Shown piece after piece: positions 10,614-17,782 of a DNA stretch of 64,000 bases. Position numbers and translations under genes: made by a program. Source of the DNA: Congzhengia sp. (lineage in GTDB: Bacteria; Bacillota; Clostridia; UBA1381; UBA9506); assembly GCA_045591015.1 (NCBI GenBank), contig JAZNSC010000008.1, forward strand, positions 28,546 to 92,545. The letters run 5' to 3'. A model generated the notes under the pieces. The model searched no databases and was not told the DNA's origin. It saw only the letters and a list, made by a program, of their open reading frames with translations. The first letter of the stretch is position 1; each line of letters starts with the position of its first letter.

Positions 10614-10647
10614 AAAAATCTGCAGAAATTTTCTGCAGATTTTTTTG
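10614..10647 (+). terminator. rho-independent terminator
   Basis: Inverted repeat ATCTGCAG...CTGCAGAT followed by TTTTTTT. Confidence 0.75.
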
Positions 10648-10679
10648 TGTAAATTTGTATTAAAATTGTGTTAAAAGTA

Positions 10680-10708
10680 TTGACAAATAAAAATAGACAT
10701 ACTAAAAT
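10680..10708 (+). promoter_or_regulatory. sigma-A type promoter for oxidoreductase copy 2
   Basis: TTGACA 10680..10685, 17-nt spacer, TAAAAT 10703..10708. Confidence 0.6.
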
Positions 10709-10715
10709 AAAAGTG

Positions 10716-10737
10716 TCTGATAAAATGAATTATCAGA
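10716..10737 (+). promoter_or_regulatory. candidate operator (perfect 8-bp inverted repeat TCTGATAA-N6-TTATCAGA)
   Basis: The palindrome starts 8 nt downstream of the -10 box and therefore overlaps the expected transcription start. Confidence 0.45.
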
Positions 10738-10778
10738 TGTAAAAAAATACACTTTTTCAAGGTATAGGAGAGGGTAAC

Positions 10779-11882
10779 ATGAGCGACAGAATTTTAAAAG
10801 TCGGCGTAGTAGGCTTACAGCGCGGACTCAACATTATCAGCAGTATTGTTGGTGAGCCTAACGCTTGCGTATATGCAATTTGCGACGCAGATGAAAAAAG
10901 ACTCGAAGAAGGCAGAAAAAAATTAGAAGAAAAAGGTGCAAAGGACATTAAGTGCTTTACATCTTACGAAGAATTTTTAGCATCAGATGTTGAGGCGGTA
11001 GTAGTAGCAACAGGCGTTGCTCTTCACGTTCCTATGTCAATTCAGGCATTGGATGCAGGCAAGCACGTTTTAAGTGAAATTCCCGTTGTAAATGACATCG
11101 AAGAAGCAAAAATCTTAAAGAATGCAGTTAGAAATCATCCCAACCAGAAATATTTCGCAGGTGAAAACTGCTGCTTCTGGAGATTCGTAGACGAATGGAG
11201 AAAGCTCGTTGAAAAAGGATATGTAGGCAAGCCCGTTCTTGTTGAAGGCGAATACTTACATCACGAAGCAGAAGGAAATACAACACCTCCTGATTATTAT
11301 TACAATCCCGACGGCACAATCGGTTGGAGAGCAGACCTCCATGCTATTCAGTACTTAACACACGAACTCGGTCCTATTCTTTATATGTTGGACGATACAG
11401 TTGTAAGCGTATGCGGCTTCAAACCTGATTTTGAAACAGTAGTTTACAAAGAGGGCAGAGGCGCATCAAACGAATTAGCCGTATTTAAAACAAAGAAGGG
11501 TGCTATTATCAAAATCTTCATCGGTTTTGGTGTAGACGTTGGCTTTGACCACAACTTCATTCTCTATGGTTCAGAGGGCTCACTCGAAACTGACAGAAGA
11601 ACAATGGTAGTTGATGCACATTCATACGGAAGATTCTACCATATGAAAGATATCAAGTCCGGTAGGATTGAACTTCCCTGGACAACAAAATACCCCGGCG
11701 AAAAAGACGACGGACACGGTGGCGCTGATACACAGATGATGAAAGCATTTATTAAATGTATCATCGAAGATACAAAGCCCGCTGTTGATGTTGATATGGG
11801 TATCCAGATGTCAATCGCAGGACTTTACGCTCACGAATCAGCTGTAAAGGGCGGTATTCCGATAGAAATCCCCGAATTTTAA
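10779..11882 (+). CDS. Gfo/Idh/MocA-family NAD(P)-dependent oxidoreductase, copy 2 (tandem paralog)
   Basis: Collinear with copy 1 over its full length (by eye roughly three quarters identical). Long identical blocks include 'KYFAGENCCFWRFVDEW' and 'GHGGADTQMMKAF'. Confidence 0.8.
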   Translation: MSDRILKVGVVGLQRGLNIISSIVGEPNACVYAICDADEKRLEEGRKKLEEKGAKDIKCFTSYEEFLASDVEAVVVATGVALHVPMSIQALDAGKHVLSEIPVVNDIEEAKILKNAVRNHPNQKYFAGENCCFWRFVDEWRKLVEKGYVGKPVLVEGEYLHHEAEGNTTPPDYYYNPDGTIGWRADLHAIQYLTHELGPILYMLDDTVVSVCGFKPDFETVVYKEGRGASNELAVFKTKKGAIIKIFIGFGVDVGFDHNFILYGSEGSLETDRRTMVVDAHSYGRFYHMKDIKSGRIELPWTTKYPGEKDDGHGGADTQMMKAFIKCIIEDTKPAVDVDMGIQMSIAGLYAHESAVKGGIPIEIPEF

Positions 11883-11901
11883 TTAATAATACATACACAA
11901 A

Positions 11902-11939
11902 AACAGACTATAGAGTGACTCTATGGTCTGTTTTTTTTA
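11902..11939 (+). terminator. rho-independent terminator
   Basis: 14-bp stem AACAGACTATAGAG/CTCTATGGTCTGTT (one G-U pair), 3-nt loop, T8 tail. Confidence 0.85.
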
Positions 11940-11987
11940 TTATAAAAAAACTTTCGTACAATATTACCAAAATATTACGAAATTTTC

Positions 11988-12016
11988 TTGACTTTAGTAG
12001 GTATGTGTGATATACT
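11988..12016 (+). promoter_or_regulatory. sigma-A type promoter of the PqqD/ABC/peptide/kinase operon
   Basis: TTGACT 11988..11993, exactly 17-nt spacer, TATACT 12011..12016. Confidence 0.65.
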
Positions 12017-12070
12017 CTACATAGTATGATAGATGTCGGGGGGTATCTATGCCTATTTTTGGGGGAAACC

Positions 12071-12337
12071 ATGAAAATTAAAGACGGATTTATGTTAAAA
12101 AAAATATTAGATGATTATATAGTTGTCCCTACCGGCGATAATATAGTAGACTTTGCTGTGGCGGTATCTTTAAACGAAACGGGGGCTTTCCTTTGGAGCC
12201 AACTGGAAACAGAAAAAGACATCGAAACTTTAGCAAATGCCTTAGCCGAAGAATACGACGTTACCTACGATGTTGTCATAGATGATGTGGTTGAATTTGC
12301 TGCACTCTTAAAAGCTCACAGCTTTTTAGCAGAATAA
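12071..12337 (+). CDS. PqqD-family protein (RiPP recognition element / peptide chaperone)
   Basis: 88 aa from ATG 12071 (GGGGGAAA RBS). The pattern 'GFMLKKILDDYIVVP...LNETGAFLWSQLE...IETLANALAEEYDV...DVVEFAALLKAHSFL' matches the small winged-helix PqqD/RRE family layout. Confidence 0.7.
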   Translation: MKIKDGFMLKKILDDYIVVPTGDNIVDFAVAVSLNETGAFLWSQLETEKDIETLANALAEEYDVTYDVVIDDVVEFAALLKAHSFLAE

Positions 12338-12362
12338 GGAAAAAAACGAAAGGCGGACCTGA

Positions 12363-14060
12363 ATGAAAGAGAAAAAATCCGAAACAGGCAAATGGATTTT
12401 CAAACGAATCCGCCCATTTATACCATATATCGTATTTCTTATAGTGGCAGTTATTGCCGTTGCTTACATTAACGTACAGTTCTCACTTGTGTCAAAGAGT
12501 CTTATTGACATTGCGACCAAGCAGACAGAAGGAAGCCTGATGCATAGCGCAATTTTACTTGTTGTGTTGCTTGTACTACAGCTTCTTTTGCAGGTTATAT
12601 ATACACGAGTCCACGTAACAGTAAGCGGAAAACTCGCTATGTCAATCCGCACAGAGCTTTTTTATAAACTCTTGGGCAAGGATTATAGCCGTGTATCACA
12701 GATTCACTCAGGTGAAGTGCTAAACCGCCTCACCAGTGATGTAAGCTTACTGTCAGAAAAAGTTACAGAGATAATTCCTAATGTATTTGCTTTGTTTTCA
12801 ACTGTAGTGTTCAGTTTTGTAGCGCTTTACAGTTTAGACAGAACCTTTGCATTGTTTTGCTTGTGCTGTGGTCCTATTATTTTGATTGCGGCATACATAT
12901 ACAAGAAGAAAATCAAAACCCTTCATTTAAAATGTCGCGAAAGTGACGGCAAGGTACGTTCCCACTTACAGGAAACGATACAAAACTTTATAGTTATCAA
13001 GGCTTTCAAAAAAGAAAACCTTATGAGAAAAAATTCTCAAAAACTCCAACAGGACAATTACCGATTAAATATCAAGCGTACTACAGTTGGTATTATGTCA
13101 AACATACTGTTCTTCCTTGCGATGACGGTTGTTTATTATGCGGCGCTTGCCTGGGGTGTATATAAACTCAGTGTCGGCGCTATCACATTTGGTACTGTTA
13201 CAGCAATGCTTGGACTTGTAGGTCAGCTGCAGTCGCCATTCCGTGAAATTGCATCGGTGCTTCCTCAATGCTATATGGTGCTTGCATCAACCGACAGACT
13301 AATAGAACTTGAGCAAATCCCTGACGATGAAGTAAAAGAAAAGTTCACTCAAGACGACGTATCAAACTTCGAAAAAATTGTTTTTTCCGATGTTGACTTT
13401 TCCTATGGTGCGGTTGACGTTTTAAAGAATATTGATTTCACTGTAAATAAAGGCGAATTCGTTGCTATTTGCGGTGTATCGGGAGCAGGAAAGAGTACTC
13501 TTTCAAAAATTATGCTCTCCGTAATTAAGCCTGATGGCGGAAATGCTTATGTAAAAGCAGGAAGCAAGACAGCAGAATTTTCTGCAGAAACAAGAAAGCT
13601 GTTTTCCTATGTTCCTCAAGGAAATCTGATACTGTCAGGCACAATCAGGGACAACGTTACATTCTGTGATGAAAACCCCGATGAAGAAAAGATAATTAGT
13701 GCGTGCACAGCCGCACAGATTATAGATGATATAAACAAAATGCCCGAGGGCTTTGACACTATCTTGGGCGAAAAAGGTCACGGCATGTCCGAAGGACAGA
13801 TTCAGCGTCTGGCTATAGCGCGAGCGCTTTACCACGATGCACCTGTACTTTTGTTGGACGAAGCCACATCGTCACTTGATATTGCTACAGAGGACAGACT
13901 GTTATCAGCTATCAAATCAATGACCGATAAAACCTGCATCATCATTTCCCACAGAAAAGAAGTTATGCAGGCTTGTGACAAAACTTACATATTGCAGAAT
14001 TGCTCACTTAACGAGCTTATAATATCCCCCCCGGATTTATCAATCCAATCCATGATTTAA
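12363..14060 (+). CDS. ABC exporter half-transporter (N-terminal 6-TM domain + C-terminal NBD), no peptidase domain
   Basis: The TM region starts at residue ~20. Walker A 'GVSGAGKST', signature 'MSEGQIQRLA', Walker B 'VLLLDEATSSLD'. Confidence 0.9.
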   Translation: MKEKKSETGKWIFKRIRPFIPYIVFLIVAVIAVAYINVQFSLVSKSLIDIATKQTEGSLMHSAILLVVLLVLQLLLQVIYTRVHVTVSGKLAMSIRTELFYKLLGKDYSRVSQIHSGEVLNRLTSDVSLLSEKVTEIIPNVFALFSTVVFSFVALYSLDRTFALFCLCCGPIILIAAYIYKKKIKTLHLKCRESDGKVRSHLQETIQNFIVIKAFKKENLMRKNSQKLQQDNYRLNIKRTTVGIMSNILFFLAMTVVYYAALAWGVYKLSVGAITFGTVTAMLGLVGQLQSPFREIASVLPQCYMVLASTDRLIELEQIPDDEVKEKFTQDDVSNFEKIVFSDVDFSYGAVDVLKNIDFTVNKGEFVAICGVSGAGKSTLSKIMLSVIKPDGGNAYVKAGSKTAEFSAETRKLFSYVPQGNLILSGTIRDNVTFCDENPDEEKIISACTAAQIIDDINKMPEGFDTILGEKGHGMSEGQIQRLAIARALYHDAPVLLLDEATSSLDIATEDRLLSAIKSMTDKTCIIISHRKEVMQACDKTYILQNCSLNELIISPPDLSIQSMI

Positions 14061-14074
14061 AGGAGGAAGAAAAA

Positions 14075-15007
14075 ATGGCAAAATTTGGGATATTCAAGAA
14101 AGTTGCCGCTTTAGCTATGGCAGTTGCATTAGTTTTATGCTTTGCTGTTAGCGCTGGTGCTGTTACAGTTACAACATCAACATCATACCTCGATGGTAAC
14201 GAAGGCGATATCTTGGTAGAAGTTACAGTTGCTGGCGAAGAACTCGTAGGCAAAAGCGTAACATACTATGCTTATGACAGCAGCAATAACCCTGTTTACA
14301 TCGATCAGTATGAAGATACTACTGCAGATGGCGCATACTTTGAATTCGCAACAGATGATGCGAACCTCAATACTGGAGTAAAGGTTGGCTACACAGGTGC
14401 AAGTGATGCTACACCCTCACAGATTGACGCATATACAGTAACATGGGGCGATCAGGTTGTTTACATTCCTAACAATGCAGATGTTGCTACAGTAAAATTC
14501 GCAACAACAGCTACATCAGTAGAAGCAATCAGTGCTACAGGCGCAACGGTTGTAGATAAAAACATCGCAGCTGGCAGTGGTTATCTCACAGTTATCTTGG
14601 GAGATATCACAGGCAATGTTACATTAAACGTAACAGTAGGTGCTGAAGTTGTTGTAGAAACTATCGACGCAGCGTTCCTTATTTCTAACGGTTCTGACGA
14701 CCATCACCAATTAGCAGATACAGCTGCTGGCGACAGAAAGTTAACAGTTGTTGGTAGAGTATTAAACGCTGATGAATTTGGTGTCGTTTTAGCGGAAAAA
14801 GACGGTATCGCTACAGGTGAAAAATACCGTGCAATCGCAACACAGGGCGATTTACAGGGTAAAACATCTGAAGGTTACTATGCTATCCAGTTCATCGACG
14901 ATTCTGAAACAGACAAGTGGCTTGATGCAACAAAATCATACGATGTAGCTGCATACGGTGATAATGAAGTAGCAGCACCTAAGACAGTTACAGCTAGAAA
15001 CCAGTAA
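14075..15007 (+). CDS. secreted acidic T/V/A-rich protein of unknown function (signal peptide)
   Basis: AAAGGAGGAAG RBS. Signal peptide 'MAKFGIFKKVAALAMAVALVLCFAVSAGA'. Beta-rich composition; no SLH, LPXTG or lipobox. Confidence 0.7.
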   Translation: MAKFGIFKKVAALAMAVALVLCFAVSAGAVTVTTSTSYLDGNEGDILVEVTVAGEELVGKSVTYYAYDSSNNPVYIDQYEDTTADGAYFEFATDDANLNTGVKVGYTGASDATPSQIDAYTVTWGDQVVYIPNNADVATVKFATTATSVEAISATGATVVDKNIAAGSGYLTVILGDITGNVTLNVTVGAEVVVETIDAAFLISNGSDDHHQLADTAAGDRKLTVVGRVLNADEFGVVLAEKDGIATGEKYRAIATQGDLQGKTSEGYYAIQFIDDSETDKWLDATKSYDVAAYGDNEVAAPKTVTARNQ

Positions 15008-15022
15008 GGAGGTAGTGATATA

Positions 15023-15214
15023 ATGAAGAAGTATGTAAAACCGAGCATTAATGTAATCGAATTACAGCTCAAAGAAAATATCGCTGGCCTTCCTACAACA
15101 GTTTACAGAGGTTCAGCGAGCAGCAAAAACAGTGCTTTGTACAACATCGCACTTTCAACCGAAAAGTCAGGTCTTGAAGAACACAAGTACGGCGAAGACG
15201 GTTGGGTTAGCTAA
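15023..15214 (+). CDS. 63-aa candidate RiPP precursor peptide (lasso-like YxxPxI leader motif, C-terminal Ser)
   Basis: Consensus AAGGAGG SD 9-10 nt upstream of the ATG. Sequence: 'MKKYVKPSINVIELQLKENIAGLPTTVYRGSASSKNSALYNIALSTEKSGLEEHKYGEDGWVS'. It sits between operon genes with 15-nt and 13-nt gaps. Confidence 0.6.
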   Translation: MKKYVKPSINVIELQLKENIAGLPTTVYRGSASSKNSALYNIALSTEKSGLEEHKYGEDGWVS

Positions 15215-15227
15215 TTTCTTGAATATT

Positions 15228-16100
15228 ATGATTTATCGTATTGCAAACAGTTTAATTGAAATTAAAGGTTTACAAAACGAATATTTAGAGCGTAGATTAA
15301 GTGCTTACCTGTCAACAGGTAAGCACTCTGCGCCTGATATCACTGTAACCTTTAGAGAAAACACAGAGATTGAAGTACCGACGGGACAGGAATTTCGTCG
15401 GCTTGATGCGTGGTACTGGATTAAAAGAGACGACGGAGGGTACTCTGCTGTCAAACAAAATTCCAAGTACCGTTTTAATTTAATAAGAATGGATTTTGAC
15501 CAGTTCTGTACAAAAATCGACATCGAGTACCTCAATGTTGATGATTTTTACAGTGATATGACTACAGAACGATTGTTGCACTTGATTTTGGGAGAGGCAT
15601 TTGCTTTTTGCCAGACGGTAAGAGGAAATACAGTTCTTCATTCGGCAGCGGCTTCCTACAAAGGTCAGGCAATGCTGTTTTCGGCGCCGTCCGAAACAGG
15701 AAAATCCACTCACACATCCCTTTGGAAGAAGTTCTATCCTGATGACGTGGTATTGTTTAACGATGACACACCTGTCATTACTGAAATTGACAACGAGTTC
15801 TACGCTTGCGGGACACCCTGGAGCGGAAAGACTGAAATAAATGAAAACGAAATTTTCCCATTAAAAGCTATAGTATTTTTAAAGCAGGGAAAGGAAAATT
15901 CCATAAAAAAATTATCTACAATCGAAGCTGTAGTTAAGCTTTTAAACGAAACCAGAAAGCCCGTTTTTGAGCATTTGATGGATTCGCATATGGAAATAAT
16001 CAAAAAAATAATCGAAAAAACACCTATCTATGAATTGACCTGCAATATTTCAAAAGAAGCAGTTGATTTAGTAAAAGAAACAATATTTAGTGAAGAATAA
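15228..16100 (+). CDS. HprK-related P-loop kinase-like protein (RiPP precursor kinase candidate)
   Basis: 290 aa from ATG 15228. Core 'NTVLHSAAASYKGQAMLFSAPSETGKSTHTSLW' resembles the HPr kinase C-terminal domain/Walker A region found in lasso-cluster kinases. The longer ORF from 15132 would overlap the peptide gene. Confidence 0.6.
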   Translation: MIYRIANSLIEIKGLQNEYLERRLSAYLSTGKHSAPDITVTFRENTEIEVPTGQEFRRLDAWYWIKRDDGGYSAVKQNSKYRFNLIRMDFDQFCTKIDIEYLNVDDFYSDMTTERLLHLILGEAFAFCQTVRGNTVLHSAAASYKGQAMLFSAPSETGKSTHTSLWKKFYPDDVVLFNDDTPVITEIDNEFYACGTPWSGKTEINENEIFPLKAIVFLKQGKENSIKKLSTIEAVVKLLNETRKPVFEHLMDSHMEIIKKIIEKTPIYELTCNISKEAVDLVKETIFSEE

Positions 16101-16133
16101 ACCTTTATGGTTGTGGTAAAGGAGTACAATAAA

Positions 16134-17753
16134 ATGAAAAAAATATTAGCAATGATTTTGTGTATAAGTATGATCTTATCATTGGGCTTTTGTGTAAGCG
16201 CTGCAGGATTTTCGGATTTAGCGGCAGACCACTGGGCATACAATGATATCACAACATTGGTAAATGAAGGCACCATCAACGGTTACACAGATGGAACATT
16301 CAAACCTTCAAAAACAGTAACACGTGCCGAATTTGTAAAAATGATTGGCAAGTGGGACAAAAAATCAGATGTTGAGTTTTCAGACTTATCTCCCGAGCAT
16401 TGGGCTTATGAGTACCTTATGTGGTCAGGTTTAGAGCCTGCAGGAATATCGATTATGCCTGATGTAGAGATAAAGAGATCTGATGTTATAAACCTTATCT
16501 GGAAGAGAAACGGCTCTCCCAAAAATGATAGCGCACCCTCTGTAATTACCAATCAGGGCAAGAATAAAGACGCAGTATCATGGGCATATACAATAGGACT
16601 TATGCAGGGCAACGATGGCTTAAATCTTCGCCTTGACAGCTCATTAACACGTGCAGAAGCTGCAACTCTTATTGTTCGTTCAAGAAAACTCGTAGCAGAA
16701 AACAATAGTGTAAACTTTGTAGATACAGTAAGTGATGAATTGTTGAAATTCACATACGAGGGACTTAACTTAATCGCTGACCCCTATAGACCTAATAAAG
16801 AACTCACATATACAGAATTGGCAAGAATGTCATATAGATTTGGTGCAAACGGTTCAAATGTAGGTTTTGTAGGCGATGACCGTGCAGATGAGCCCATTGA
16901 CCACGTTTATGCACACGAAATGCATATTATGACCTCCAAGGTATGGGGTGACGATATGTACACAATGGAAATGGCAGACAAGCAAGCCACCGTTCAGGAT
17001 GCTATAGGTGCCATTATGCACGGCTTTACAAGACGTGGCACAGCCCCCAGTGATATGGGCAAAATGAACGAATATTATTCTGACTGTAAAGATGTAAACA
17101 AAGGCTTTGAAAACATTTACCTTACATATGCAAACAAAAAAGGCATCAAACTCTTTGCAGGCAGTGAACTCGGCGCAGACGAACCTATTACAGTAAAAAA
17201 ATACACAGCGCTTTTGGTTCAGTTCAATGAAATCGTAGGTCTTGGCGTAAAATACGAAAATGGCGAAATCCAAAACGCAAAAATATGTGCAAGTATTGAT
17301 ACATTACCCGGTGACTACAAAGCATATAAAACAACAATAGATGAAATTCCTATGGAAATCTATAATATGAAAGCAGAGCATATTTCTGCAAAATCAAGAT
17401 TCAACTTCCTCAATCAGTGTGCTTTTGTATTTAACTCATATTTGGGCACTGCAAACAGTCACGCAAAGCAAAACACAGGCTACACAATGAACTATACCTA
17501 CTATCCGTCAGTTTCTTACTTTAACGATAGCGGTAACGTTGTATTTGTAACCAAAATGTCAGTTAACCTACCCGGTGAAAATGTAACATCAATTTCTGTT
17601 GATGAGCTTTTCAAAGACGTTATCACAGAACCCACAGGGAAAACCGTTAAACCGAAGCAAGATTTCTTTGTAGTGTTTGAAACAAACGGAGCATTCATGG
17701 ATGTTTCGCTCGCATACGATGAAGCTCACGTAAAAGCAGTAGTTATTCCTTAA
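16134..17753 (+). CDS. SLH-domain cell-surface protein with unknown C-terminal domain
   Basis: AAGGAG RBS before ATG 16134, followed by a signal peptide. SLH repeats include 'FSDLAADHWAYNDITTLVNEGTINGYTDGTFKPSKTVTRAEF', 'FSDLSPEHWAYEYL' and 'DAVSWAYTIGLMQGNDGLNLRLDSSLTRAEA'. Confidence 0.85.
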   Translation: MKKILAMILCISMILSLGFCVSAAGFSDLAADHWAYNDITTLVNEGTINGYTDGTFKPSKTVTRAEFVKMIGKWDKKSDVEFSDLSPEHWAYEYLMWSGLEPAGISIMPDVEIKRSDVINLIWKRNGSPKNDSAPSVITNQGKNKDAVSWAYTIGLMQGNDGLNLRLDSSLTRAEAATLIVRSRKLVAENNSVNFVDTVSDELLKFTYEGLNLIADPYRPNKELTYTELARMSYRFGANGSNVGFVGDDRADEPIDHVYAHEMHIMTSKVWGDDMYTMEMADKQATVQDAIGAIMHGFTRRGTAPSDMGKMNEYYSDCKDVNKGFENIYLTYANKKGIKLFAGSELGADEPITVKKYTALLVQFNEIVGLGVKYENGEIQNAKICASIDTLPGDYKAYKTTIDEIPMEIYNMKAEHISAKSRFNFLNQCAFVFNSYLGTANSHAKQNTGYTMNYTYYPSVSYFNDSGNVVFVTKMSVNLPGENVTSISVDELFKDVITEPTGKTVKPKQDFFVVFETNGAFMDVSLAYDEAHVKAVVIP

Positions 17754-17782
17754 GAAAAAACGGTCACAAGGAGAAATAAACG

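Noticed and set aside
12026-12070. Longer start for the PqqD-like gene (ORF track start 12026)
   Set aside because: ATG 12026 lies only 10 nt after the -10 box and has no SD. ATG 12071 is preceded by GGGGGAAA and gives the typical ~88-aa PqqD size.
16854-17273. 139-aa antisense ORF within the SLH protein gene
   Set aside because: It is a shadow ORF with a Cys/Phe/Val-rich composition and no RBS or motifs.
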